From a bacterium (lineage in GTDB: Bacteria; J088; JAWLBW01): 64,000 nucleotides of DNA. The position numbers were made by a program, and so were the translations under genes. The notes beneath the pieces were generated by a model. It was not told the origin of the DNA. It saw only the letters and a program-made list of their open reading frames with translations, and did not search any database. The stretch is from NCBI GenBank assembly GCA_041690355.1, contig JAWLHK010000021.1, forward strand, positions 1-64,000, given 5' to 3'. Below are positions 13,445-24,067 of the stretch, one piece after another (the first letter of the stretch is position 1; each line of letters opens with the position of its first letter).

Positions 13445-13992
13445 ACGGCAACCCGGCGCGTCAGTGCGAACTCGACGCACGTCTGCGGCTCGGTCTCGAT
13501 CGTTCTGCGCTGAATGTCGACCTGCTCGCCGAAGTGCTCAAAGCAGCCCCGGATGAGCCCTTCGGCCAGATCGGCGAACGGGCGAGCCGAGCGGTACGTC
13601 ATGATGAGCGTGTCCTCGTTCGGGCGTTCGTATTCGAAGCCCGGCAGCTCGGCATCAGGGTAGAGTTTGCGCACTTCGACATGGATATAGTTGTCGACGC
13701 CGCTCAGGAACTCGATCGCGTTCGATTTACCCTCGAAGAACTGGGGATAGCCCGAGGCGAAGCGCCCGAACAGGTATTTGCCGAAGGCCTGGAGGAGGTC
13801 GGGGATGGGCGTATTCGTTTCGGCGCTCAGATTCTTGACGAGCGCGACCATCTCTTCGTGATCGTAGGTGCCGACCGCCGTGTACACCCCGCCCGACGGA
13901 AGGTCGGCCTTGGTCACGATGTTATCGGCGACTTCGGGGGAGAAAACCTCTTCGACCATCTCGATGAACTCGGTAAAGACCATTCCCTTCAC
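13441..13992 (-). CDS. hnoX: H-NOX (heme nitric oxide/oxygen binding) domain protein
   Basis: 183 aa. N-terminus MKGMVFTEFIEMVEE. Proximal His in IHVEVRKLY. The Y-x-S-x-R heme-propionate motif is MTYRSARPF. Overall it resembles stand-alone bacterial H-NOX proteins. GTG start with RBS AAGGAGG 5 nt upstream. Confidence 0.8.
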   Translation of the reverse strand: MKGMVFTEFIEMVEEVFSPEVADNIVTKADLPSGGVYTAVGTYDHEEMVALVKNLSAETNTPIPDLLQAFGKYLFGRFASGYPQFFEGKSNAIEFLSGVDNYIHVEVRKLYPDAELPGFEYERPNEDTLIMTYRSARPFADLAEGLIRGCFEHFGEQVDIQRRTIETEPQTCVEFALTRRVAV

Positions 13993-14094
13993 GGTGACCT
14001 CCTTGGGCTATTCGGGTTATCCTTCAGCGTACCGGAAAGGAAGCCGCGCCGCCGCCCCGATTCGGTAAGATATTCCCTAGAAAGAACATGCGTC

Positions 14095-16059
14095 CTATTT
14101 GACCCGGGAACCGGGCTTCACGTCGCCCGCGGGGGTGACGACATGCAGACCGGCCTCGTCGCTGGCAGCGAGAATCATCCCCTGGCTCTCGATGCCCATG
14201 AGCTTCGCCGGCTTCAGGTTCGCGACCACCGTCACCGTCTTGCCCACGAGCGCTTCGGGGGCATAGTGGTTCGCGATGCCGGCCACGATCTGGCGCGGCT
14301 TGTCTTCTCCGAGATCGACCTGGAGGCGCAGAAGTTTTTCGCTCTTGGGCACCCGCTCGGCCTCGAGCACCTTGCCGACCTTCAGCAGGATCTTCCCGAA
14401 CTCCTCGAACCCGATTTCGGCGGGCGGCTCGACAGGGGCCTTCCCCTTCTTTTCGGGCTTCTTCTCTTTTTCGGCTTTCGGTTCCTGCGCGGCCGCGGGT
14501 GCTGCAGGCGCCGCGCCCACCCCGGCCAGGTCGACCTGGCTGCGCACCGAGACGGCCTTCAGCTTTTCTTCGGCGTCGATGCGCGGGAAAAGCGACTCGG
14601 GCTTCTCGAGAACGGCCCCGGAGGGCAATCCGCCCCATTGGAGTTCGCGCGGCGTCTCGGTCACCCCGAGGGCCTTCAGGGCCTTTTCGGCGGTGGCCGG
14701 CATGACCGGCTGGATCATGCGGGAACAGTAGCGCAATCCTTCGAGCGCCGTGTAGAGCACATCTCCGAGCTTCTCCGTTTCGCCCTGTTTCGCGAGGGTC
14801 CAGGGCGCACTCTTGTCGACGAAGCCGTTCAGCTCGCGCACGAGCACCCAGATCTTTTCGAGGGCCGTCGAGAAGGCGGCCGCCTCGATGTGCTCGCGGA
14901 ACTCGGTCCACGTGCGCTCGGCCAGCGCGCGGATCTCGCCGCCGCCGGCCGCGGGGGGTATGGTTCCGCCCAGGTATTTCTCGAGCATGCTCACCGTGCG
15001 CGAGAGCAGATTGCCCAGGTCGTTGGCGAGCTCGCTGTTGATGCGCTGGATGAGCGCCTTGTGCGAAAAGTCGCCGTCGGCGCCGAAGGGTACCTCGCGC
15101 AGCAGGAAGTAGCGCACGGGATCGACGCCGTACTCGTCGAGCAGCAGGTTCGGATCGACCGCGTTGCGCAGGCTCTTGCTCATCTTCTGCCCTTCGACCG
15201 TCCACCAGCCGTGGGCGAAGACGCTGTGCGCGGGGGGCAGACCGGCAGCCATGAGAAACGCCGGCCAGTACACGGCGTGAAAGCGCACGATGTCCTTGCC
15301 GACGAAGTGGTAATCCGCCGGCCAGTAGGTCTTGTACTTCTCGGTCCCCTCGCCGCCGAGCGCCGAGACGTAGTTCGCGAGTGCGTCGAACCAGACGTAG
15401 ATGACATGTTCCGGATCGTCGGGCACCTGGATGCCCCACTTGAAGCTCGTGCGCGAAATACTGAGGTCGCGCAGTCCCCCCTCGATGAAACTGACGATTT
15501 CGTTGCGGCGCGTGGCGGGCTGCACCGCCTGGGGGTTGGCGCGGATCCACTCGAGCAGCGGCTTTTCGAAGGCGCTCAGCTTGAAGAAGTAGCTCTGCTC
15601 CTTGAGCTTCTCGACGGGGCGCGCGCAGTGGGGGCAGTTGCCGTCGACGAGCTGCGTCTCGGGGATGTAGGTCTCGTCGGGCACGCAGTACCAGTCTTCG
15701 TACTCGTCGAGATAGATGTAGCCGTTCGCCTTGACGCGCCGCCAGAGGTCCTGCACGAAGGCCTTGTGCCGGTCTTCGGTCGTGCGGATGAAGTCGTCAT
15801 TCGAGATGTCGAGCCGCCGCCACAGCTCCTGAAAGCGCTTCACGACCCGATCGGCGAGCTGAATCGGCGTCTCGCCCGCCTCGGCCGCGCTCTTCTCGAC
15901 CTTCTGCCCGTGCTCGTCGGTCCCGGTGAGAAAGTAGACGTCGCGCCCGAGCAGACGGTGATGGCGCGCAAGCACGTCGGCGGCCACCGTCGTGTAGGCA
16001 TGCCCGATGTGCGGCACGTCGTTGACGTAGTAGATGGGGGTCGTTACATAGAACTTCAC
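14095..16059 (-). CDS. metG: Methionyl-tRNA synthetase with a C-terminal tRNA-binding (EMAP/Trbp111-like) domain
   Basis: KFYVTTPIYYVNDVPHIGHAYTT (HIGH), KMSKS, zinc knuckle CPHCARP and the C-terminal ...VGKVLEAERVPKSEKLLRLQVDLGE. Start assigned to GTG at 16059; the ORF track extends to 16620 through GC-rich sequence. Start confidence is moderate. Confidence 0.85.
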   Translation of the reverse strand: MKFYVTTPIYYVNDVPHIGHAYTTVAADVLARHHRLLGRDVYFLTGTDEHGQKVEKSAAEAGETPIQLADRVVKRFQELWRRLDISNDDFIRTTEDRHKAFVQDLWRRVKANGYIYLDEYEDWYCVPDETYIPETQLVDGNCPHCARPVEKLKEQSYFFKLSAFEKPLLEWIRANPQAVQPATRRNEIVSFIEGGLRDLSISRTSFKWGIQVPDDPEHVIYVWFDALANYVSALGGEGTEKYKTYWPADYHFVGKDIVRFHAVYWPAFLMAAGLPPAHSVFAHGWWTVEGQKMSKSLRNAVDPNLLLDEYGVDPVRYFLLREVPFGADGDFSHKALIQRINSELANDLGNLLSRTVSMLEKYLGGTIPPAAGGGEIRALAERTWTEFREHIEAAAFSTALEKIWVLVRELNGFVDKSAPWTLAKQGETEKLGDVLYTALEGLRYCSRMIQPVMPATAEKALKALGVTETPRELQWGGLPSGAVLEKPESLFPRIDAEEKLKAVSVRSQVDLAGVGAAPAAPAAAQEPKAEKEKKPEKKGKAPVEPPAEIGFEEFGKILLKVGKVLEAERVPKSEKLLRLQVDLGEDKPRQIVAGIANHYAPEALVGKTVTVVANLKPAKLMGIESQGMILAASDEAGLHVVTPAGDVKPGSRVK

Positions 16060-16127
16060 GGCGGACTCTCGGAAAATGGAATCCTTACATGATAAACCGC
16101 AGGCCGCCGCAGCGCTATGTGCGGGCG

Positions 16128-17039
16128 TCAGGTCACGCCGAGAATCCAGCCTTCTTCGGCCGCCGGCGCATGGCCGGCGGGCGCGTGGAGCCACGTCGCG
16201 AGCGACCCGTCCTCCGACGCGGAAACGAGCCCTCGCGTCACAGCGCGCACCTGCTGTTCGTCGCGGATCTCTCCCACACGAAGTTCGAGCGGAAAAAGGC
16301 CCGGCCAGATCTCGGCCACGAGCACGCACGGTTCGGGCAGGTCGGCGGAAGCGAGGGGGAACTCGAAGGGCCAGACGCGCACGTGCGCGCCAAGTTCCGC
16401 ATCGGCGCGCAGGCTGACCAGGTGATGGATGCCGAGCAGCGACTGGCTCCCCACGCATCCGGCATAGGAGAGCTGCCAGACAGAGCGCACCTTGGCTCTC
16501 GACCGCGCATTCAGCAACCGCTCGGCCAGGCGGAACTCCGCCAGCGCCCGTCCACCGGAGGCCGAGGGGAATGCGGGCTTCGTCGTGCGCAGGTGCTCGC
16601 CCGCGGCTGTCGGGGGACATCCCCAGAAGGGGCCGTCGCCCGCGAGCTCCCGGTTCAACCCCGCGGAGGCCACGAACCGGTTGTTCCCGTTGCGCTTGTC
16701 ATCTTCGAGGTCGCCTGCAAGCCGCGTCCAGAGCCGCTCCCAGGGTTCGCCGGCGAAGCGGGAGGCGGGCGCGAGCGCATCGGCCGTCCCCGCGGGGTAC
16801 CCGAAGGCGAAGTCGAACCCGGCGAGCACCGAGCGCCCGGCATCGAGGTGACGGCGGAACCGGTCGCGCAGGTCTGCCATTGCCGCCACACGCGTGCGCG
16901 GGTTCAGCGGCGGAAGATCCTCCGCTCCGCGCGCGCGCTCGTGAATCCAGATGGAATCGGCGCGCCCCTTCGGCACGCCGGCGGCACTCCAGTCCACGGC
17001 CACATAAGACGACCATTTAGCTGCGTTTTCGATTGACAT
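16128..17039 (-). CDS. Hypothetical protein (possibly DUF429-like)
   Basis: 303-aa ORF between metG and cysH with no motif I recognise. Weak resemblance to the DUF429 family. Confidence 0.35.
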   Translation of the reverse strand: MSIENAAKWSSYVAVDWSAAGVPKGRADSIWIHERARGAEDLPPLNPRTRVAAMADLRDRFRRHLDAGRSVLAGFDFAFGYPAGTADALAPASRFAGEPWERLWTRLAGDLEDDKRNGNNRFVASAGLNRELAGDGPFWGCPPTAAGEHLRTTKPAFPSASGGRALAEFRLAERLLNARSRAKVRSVWQLSYAGCVGSQSLLGIHHLVSLRADAELGAHVRVWPFEFPLASADLPEPCVLVAEIWPGLFPLELRVGEIRDEQQVRAVTRGLVSASEDGSLATWLHAPAGHAPAAEEGWILGVT

Positions 17040-17099
17040 TCCCGAGCGTAATGATTACATTAAACGGAGCAGCGCACTTCCCGGTTCCCCCGGTTCCCC

Positions 17100-18509
<1,410 letters not shown>

Positions 18510-18614
18510 TTCCCGGGAAGCCGGCCAGTTGAACCCGCTCCGCCTCGACAGCGCTCCGCACGGCCTGATACAATTCTGCAAGAGTTGTAACATTCCGCCG
18601 GGAGGAGCGCTCGC

Positions 18615-19526
18615 ATGCACATCGACCCTTCGGCCGCCCTGGGCCCCGATTCGCTCGCCTGGCGCTACGCTGGCGACAACCTCCAGTACTTTCTGGCCGG
18701 AACGATTCTGGTGCTCCAGGTCGCCCATCCGGTCGTCGGCGCGGGGGTCGGCGAACATTCCGTCTACAAGACCGACCCGTGGGGACGCCTCGAACGCACG
18801 ACGCGCATCGGCGTCAAGCTGCTCTACGGCGGCCCCGAAGTCGCCGCCCGCACCGCCCAGGAGCTGCTCACGCTCCACGGGAAGATCAAGGGGACCGACA
18901 GCCGGGGGCGCCGTTATCACGCGCTCGACCGCGAGGCCTACGCCTGGGTTCACCTGACCAGTTACTTCGCCATGGAGCAGGCGCAGGAACATTTCGGCAC
19001 CCCGCTCTCGCCTCGCCAGCAGGCGCAACTCTACCGCGAGTGGCGGCAGCAGGGGCGCGTTCTCGGCATTCGTGATGCGGACATGCCCGGCGATCTTCCG
19101 GCTTTCCGCCGTTATTTCGACGCCATGATCCGGGATCGGCTCGAAGAGAACGAGGTGGTGGGCGATCTGCTTTCGCTGTCCCGCGAAGTGCCGAAGCCGC
19201 CGCAGCTCGCCCTGCTGCCCGACGCGGCCTGGGCGCGCATGTACGCCGTGGCCGGCCGCTGGTCGCGCGCGGCCACGCTCGGGACGCTCCCCTCGGCGTT
19301 CCGCCATAAGCTCGGCCTGCGGGCGACGGCGGCCGAACGCCTCCAGTTCGAGACGCTCAAGGCGACCGCGCGCGCCGGGTATCGCTTCGTTCCCCCGCGG
19401 CACCGGTATCTTCCGGCCGCCTACCGCGCCCTGCGCGAAGCAGGTGTTCTTACCGCAACGCGCGGAAAACGCCCGCCGATCAGCGACGCGCGGGGAGCAG
19501 CACCGGCGGCGTCTCGCCCACGATGA
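18615..19526 (+). CDS. Conserved protein, probably DUF2236 (MpaB/Lcp-like oxygenase family)
   Basis: 303 aa, with RBS GGAGGA 8 nt upstream. Family assignment rests on overall resemblance only. Confidence 0.4.
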   Translation: MHIDPSAALGPDSLAWRYAGDNLQYFLAGTILVLQVAHPVVGAGVGEHSVYKTDPWGRLERTTRIGVKLLYGGPEVAARTAQELLTLHGKIKGTDSRGRRYHALDREAYAWVHLTSYFAMEQAQEHFGTPLSPRQQAQLYREWRQQGRVLGIRDADMPGDLPAFRRYFDAMIRDRLEENEVVGDLLSLSREVPKPPQLALLPDAAWARMYAVAGRWSRAATLGTLPSAFRHKLGLRATAAERLQFETLKATARAGYRFVPPRHRYLPAAYRALREAGVLTATRGKRPPISDARGAAPAASRPR

Positions 19527-20274
19527 ACGTGCAGCCGCCGTTGCCGCAGGCTTCGCGCTGCATCTTGATCGTCTCGAGCTGCAGAAACTGATCGGGCGAC
19601 AGCTGCATGGCCTGCCGGTAGGCGTTGTCGGCGTCGGCCCGGCTCTTCTCGGCCAGCTTGCGCGAGTCCTCGGCCAGCTTGCGCTGCACTTCGGTCAGCA
19701 CGCGCTGCTGCTGAGCCGCCGTCTCGATGCGCTGGCTCTTGATGGAATCGGGCGGGTTCGCCTTGCCGACCGTCACCTGGATGAGCTTGACGGGAATCTT
19801 CGCCGAGCGGATGTATTCTTCCATCGAGCTCGACACTTCGTTGTCGATGTCGTCGATGGCGGTCGTGTTGATGGCGGTCTCGTTCATGCCGTGTTTGCGC
19901 ACGGCCTGGCGCACGCGGTTCGCGAACTCCTTCTCGACATTCGAGACATACCAGTCGGGCCCGAATTCCTTGATGAGCCGCACCGAATCGGTGACTTGAA
20001 GTCGGATGATGGCGTCGAAGTCGAGGGGTACGCCGTCTGACGACATCAGGTCGTCGAAGTGCACCGCATACTGCCGGGGGAGCATGTTCACGATGACGTG
20101 CTCGGTCGTGAACCAGACGTAGCGGCGGCCGGTGTGCACGACGTCGTCACGAACCCCTTCGCTGCCGAAGAGAATCGGTTTGTCGATGAGCACCGCCTCC
20201 TGCCCCGGATCGGGGGCGATGCTGGAGCAGGCGGTGAGCAGCATGACGAAGTACAGACCGGCAAAACGCGACAT
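19480..20274 (-). CDS. SPFH/Band-7 (prohibitin-like) domain lipoprotein
   Basis: Lipoprotein signal MSRFAGLYFVMLLTAC|SS. The central region is SPFH-like and is followed by a coiled-coil tail. Internal ATG at 20274 chosen over the track start at 20337. Confidence 0.6.
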   Translation of the reverse strand: MSRFAGLYFVMLLTACSSIAPDPGQEAVLIDKPILFGSEGVRDDVVHTGRRYVWFTTEHVIVNMLPRQYAVHFDDLMSSDGVPLDFDAIIRLQVTDSVRLIKEFGPDWYVSNVEKEFANRVRQAVRKHGMNETAINTTAIDDIDNEVSSSMEEYIRSAKIPVKLIQVTVGKANPPDSIKSQRIETAAQQQRVLTEVQRKLAEDSRKLAEKSRADADNAYRQAMQLSPDQFLQLETIKMQREACGNGGCTFIVGETPPVLLPARR

Positions 20275-20452
20275 GGGCAGAACCTTGTGAGACCGGGAGA
20301 AGGAGATCACCTTACCCCACCGCGCCCCGGGCGACAAGGCGCCGGGAAGCCGGCGTGCCCACCGTTTTTCGACCCTCGCTATGGATTTCGGGACCCGATA
20401 CCGATAGGCTCATAGGCGTCGAGCCCACGAGTCGACTCCAGTTTGCAATCGC

Positions 20453-22795
20453 ATGCAGAACGATCACGACCTCCCGCCTTCCCGAGAGTCCGAGCGCGAC
20501 ATCCATGCGCTCATTCTCGAAGCCGCCGACGTCGGCACCTGGGAATGGACGATTCCCGCCAACACCGTCAGATTCCGCGGCGTGCAGTGGAGGCTGATGG
20601 GTTTCGCATCCGTCGAGCAGGACGAGATCACCCTCGAGCAAATCTTTGCGCGCATGCACCCTGAGGATCGGGAGCGGGTCGCCGCGAAGCTTCGCGATGC
20701 GCTCGAGGGTCGCAGGGACTACGAAGACGAATTTCGCATGGTCTGGCCCGACGGCAGCGTGCACTGGCTGCTCGGCAAGGGACGCACCGATTATGACGCC
20801 GAAGGCCGGCCCGTACGCATGCTCGGCGTGAACCTCGACATCACCGAACGCCGGCGCACCGAAGAGGCGCTGACCGCCAGCGAGCGCGACCTGCAGGAGA
20901 GCCGCGAGCAGCTCGAACTGGCCATTCGCACGTCACGCATCGGATTCTACGACTGGAACATCCGCTCCGACCGCCTGACATTCAGCGACCAGATGCGGCG
21001 GGACTGGGGACTGCCCGAAGACACCGAGGGCTACACGCTCGACGACGCGTTATCCCACATCCATCGCGACGACCGTGAGCGTGTCAACAATCTCATCCGG
21101 CAGGCCGTAGACGCGCGCGTACCGTACCATACGGAGTACCGGGTCGTGCAGCCCGGCGGCGACATCCGCTGGATCGAGGTCACCGGCACGGTCACGTACG
21201 ATGAAGACAGAGTCCCCGTCCGATTTTTCGGGACCTCAGTCGACATCACCGAACGGCGGGCGCTCGAAGAACTCCGCGTGAGGGCCGCCCAGCGGCTCGA
21301 GCGGTTCGCCGAAGCCATGCCCCAGATGGCGTTCATCGCCGACGCCCAGGGAAATATCACCTATTTCAATCGGCGCCATTACGAGTATTTCGGTATCAAA
21401 CCCGGCGAGAGCGAAGGGTGGCGCTGGAGAGATGCGTCCATCGTGCACCCCGACGACCTCGAACGCACCCTCGCCCGCTGGACGCAGAGCCTGCAGACGG
21501 GAGAACCCTATGAGATCGAATATCTCCTGCGGCGGCATGACGGCGCTTACCGCTGGCACCTCGGCCGCGCGGTGCCCGTCCGCGATGGACAGGGTGCCGT
21601 CGAACAGTGGTTCGGCACCAATACCGATATCGACGACCATAAGCGCAATGCGCTGGAAATCGACCGGTTGCTCAAAGCGGTCGAATACGAGAACAGCCGC
21701 TTCGAAGCCGTCATGCAGCAGATGCCCGCGGCGGTCATCATCGGCGAAGCCCCCTCGGGCAGGCTTCTGTTCTCGAACGACAAGATGTTCGAGGTCTGGG
21801 GGCACGACCTGATCCCGAGCTCGAACATCGAAGAGTATGGCAAGTGGGTCGGCTTCCATCCCGACGGCACGCGATACGAGGGTCATGAGTGGCCGCTGGC
21901 CCGCTCGATCGCCCGCGGCGAAGTCGTCACCAACGAAGACGTCGACATCCTGCGCGGCGACGGCAAACGCGCCGTGCTGCGTTTGAGCTCGACGCCGATT
22001 CGCGATCGCGCCGGACACATCATGGCGGGCGTCGTCATCTGCCAGGACGTGACGGAGCTGGTCGAGGCCATCCGCAGCCGCGACGACTTCCTTTCAATCT
22101 GCTCTCACGAGCTGAAAACCCCCTTGACGACCTTGAGCCTGCTGACCCAGTCGTCCCGGCGCGGCATCGCGCGCGGAAATCCGAAGGTTTTCTCGCCCGA
22201 AAACGTGCACAGCATGCTCGAGCAGACCGAACGCCAGGTCGACCGCCTTGCCCGCCTGGTCAATGATATGCTCGACGTTTCGCGGATCCGCGGGGGCAAA
22301 CTGCACCTGGAGATGCAACCGGTCAACCTGTGCGATCTGGTGCGCGGCGCCGTCGACAAACTGCGCCCTTTGCTGCGCGCCGCGGGAGGCGACCCTGATT
22401 TGTCGCTCTGTGAAACCGCCTGGTGTGCGGGCGACCCCTTTCGACTCGAGCAGGTTGTCGTCAATCTCCTGACCAACGCAGCCCGCTACGGAAAAGGCAG
22501 GCCGGCGTCGATCGCGGTGCGGACCGACGGGAATTCGGTTTTCATCAGCGTGCGCGATGCGGGCATCGGTATCTCGAAGGATGATCAGGAGCGAATCTTC
22601 GACCGATTCGAACGCGTGGTCTCTCGAACCGAACTCTCGGGCCTCGGGCTCGGCCTCTACATCTCGAAACAGATCGTCGACAGTCATGGGGGAACCATAA
22701 GCGTGCAGAGCGAACCGGGCCGCGGTTCGACGTTCGAGGTTCGACTGCCGGCCATCCCTCCCCCACCCGCCGACGTCGCGGCGCCGCCCGTATGA
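20453..22795 (+). CDS. Multi-PAS/PAC sensor histidine kinase
   Basis: 780 aa with four PAS/PAC-like repeats (WEW..., DITERRRTEEAL, TDIDDHK...). H-box FLSICSHELKTPLTTL. N and G boxes (NLLTNAARYG, GLGLGLYISK). Confidence 0.85.
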   Translation: MQNDHDLPPSRESERDIHALILEAADVGTWEWTIPANTVRFRGVQWRLMGFASVEQDEITLEQIFARMHPEDRERVAAKLRDALEGRRDYEDEFRMVWPDGSVHWLLGKGRTDYDAEGRPVRMLGVNLDITERRRTEEALTASERDLQESREQLELAIRTSRIGFYDWNIRSDRLTFSDQMRRDWGLPEDTEGYTLDDALSHIHRDDRERVNNLIRQAVDARVPYHTEYRVVQPGGDIRWIEVTGTVTYDEDRVPVRFFGTSVDITERRALEELRVRAAQRLERFAEAMPQMAFIADAQGNITYFNRRHYEYFGIKPGESEGWRWRDASIVHPDDLERTLARWTQSLQTGEPYEIEYLLRRHDGAYRWHLGRAVPVRDGQGAVEQWFGTNTDIDDHKRNALEIDRLLKAVEYENSRFEAVMQQMPAAVIIGEAPSGRLLFSNDKMFEVWGHDLIPSSNIEEYGKWVGFHPDGTRYEGHEWPLARSIARGEVVTNEDVDILRGDGKRAVLRLSSTPIRDRAGHIMAGVVICQDVTELVEAIRSRDDFLSICSHELKTPLTTLSLLTQSSRRGIARGNPKVFSPENVHSMLEQTERQVDRLARLVNDMLDVSRIRGGKLHLEMQPVNLCDLVRGAVDKLRPLLRAAGGDPDLSLCETAWCAGDPFRLEQVVVNLLTNAARYGKGRPASIAVRTDGNSVFISVRDAGIGISKDDQERIFDRFERVVSRTELSGLGLGLYISKQIVDSHGGTISVQSEPGRGSTFEVRLPAIPPPPADVAAPPV

Positions 22796-23190
22796 CTGCC
22801 CGAACCATCCTCTGTGTCGAGGACGACCCCGATATCCTGCACTACATGACGCTTGTGCTCGAGGAGGAAGGATACCGCGTTCTCCAGGCCGCCAACGGCC
22901 GCATCGCATACGATCTGCTGCGCCGGCTGCCCCCCGCCGAATATCCCGACTGCATCCTGCTCGATCTGATGATGCCCGAGATGAACGGACGCGAACTGCT
23001 TGCGCGATTGCAGGCAGAGCGCCCCGGCGATCTGGCGCGGATACCGGTCATCCTCGTCACGGCCGAGGGGCGCCCCGAAGAGAATCCTGCGGGCCTCGGT
23101 GAACGGCATAGCAAGATCAGCAAGCCGATGAACCTGGAGACGCTTCTCGCCGTCGTCGCCCGCCAATCGTCCGGAGACTTCGACTCCTAA
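22792..23190 (+). CDS. Single-domain response regulator
   Basis: ILCVEDDPDILHYM, LLDLMMPEMNG and SKP. Its ATG overlaps the upstream HK stop (ATGA). Confidence 0.85.
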   Translation: MTARTILCVEDDPDILHYMTLVLEEEGYRVLQAANGRIAYDLLRRLPPAEYPDCILLDLMMPEMNGRELLARLQAERPGDLARIPVILVTAEGRPEENPAGLGERHSKISKPMNLETLLAVVARQSSGDFDS

Positions 23191-23220
23191 CACGCCGAGC
23201 GGGGGGCCTGCTCTCTTGCG

Positions 23221-23345
23221 GAAATTCGTCACTCGTCACGGGGTGAAGCGCCAAGCGCCAAGCGCTGAGCGCCAACGAGGCAAGGGCAAAGTGTTCCAAG
23301 GTTCTTGCCGAAAATCGTCAATCGAAAATCGTCAATCGTCAATTT
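23221..23345. repeat. Copy of the dispersed heptamer-array element: TCGTCAC x2, GCGCCAA/GCGCTGA array, then AATCGTC/AAATCGTC array
   Basis: aattcgtcactcgtcacggggtgaagcgccaagcgccaagcgctgagcgccaacgagg...aaaatcgtcaatcgaaaatcgtcaatcgtcaat. Confidence 0.8.
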
Positions 23346-23355
23346 CTCTGACTTG

Positions 23356-23390
23356 CCCCCACCGCCCGGCCCCGGCATAATATTCGTTTA
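23356..23390 (+). promoter_or_regulatory. Sigma70-like promoter (TTGCCC, 17-bp spacer, CATAAT) upstream of the hypothetical gene at 23413
   Basis: cttgcccccaccgcccggccccggcataatattcg. Confidence 0.4.
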
Positions 23391-23412
23391 CCGTTCTCAC
23401 TCGGGACTTTTC

Positions 23413-24024
23413 ATGGCCACGCGCACCGCATACGCATACGCCCAAGGGATGCTCGAACCGCTCGACCGCGAGTACTTCAAGAACACGCTCCGCTTTCTGC
23501 CCGGGGTCGCCGGCGTCGGCGCCATCGGCACGCCGAGCCTCCCCGCCCCGGCCGGCGCCTCGCTCGGCTACGAAGTGCGCTTCGATCCGGCCAAGGTGTC
23601 GGTGGAAGAGATCCAGAAGCGCCTGATCGAGCGCGGCTTCCGTGTCGCCGCCGTGCAGGACGCCGGCGCCGACACGGCCCCCGCCAAGGTCACCGCCACG
23701 CCCGTGCAGGACATCTACTCGCCCGTGGCCCCGAACGGCACGAAGGAAGTCCTCTTCCGCGTCGAAGGGCTGGTCACGATTCTCGACGTGCGCCGCATTC
23801 GCGAAGCGCTCGACGGAACCCCCGGCATTCTCGGCTTCTTCTCGATGGTCTCCGAAGCCGCCGACGAACCGTGGGCGGGCGACACCGGCCTCGTCGACGT
23901 GCAGTACGACGCCGCCCGCCTCACCGAGCATCAGCTCAAAGATCTGATCGAGCGCGTGCAGGGGCTCAAGGTCACGACCTGGAAGTTTCTCCCGAACAAC
24001 CTGAACTTCCCCTTTCCCCTCTGA
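23413..24024 (+). CDS. Hypothetical protein with two ferredoxin-like (HMA-like, no CxxC) repeats
   Basis: Internal ATG at 23413 (MATRTAYAYAQGM...). Repeated segments VRFDPAKVSVEEIQKRLIERGFRV and VDVQYDAARLTEHQLKDLIERVQGLKV. Confidence 0.35.
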   Translation: MATRTAYAYAQGMLEPLDREYFKNTLRFLPGVAGVGAIGTPSLPAPAGASLGYEVRFDPAKVSVEEIQKRLIERGFRVAAVQDAGADTAPAKVTATPVQDIYSPVAPNGTKEVLFRVEGLVTILDVRRIREALDGTPGILGFFSMVSEAADEPWAGDTGLVDVQYDAARLTEHQLKDLIERVQGLKVTTWKFLPNNLNFPFPL

Positions 24025-24067
24025 TTCCGCCCCTGCGCGGAATTCCGCTGTCCATTCCGGCCGGCAG

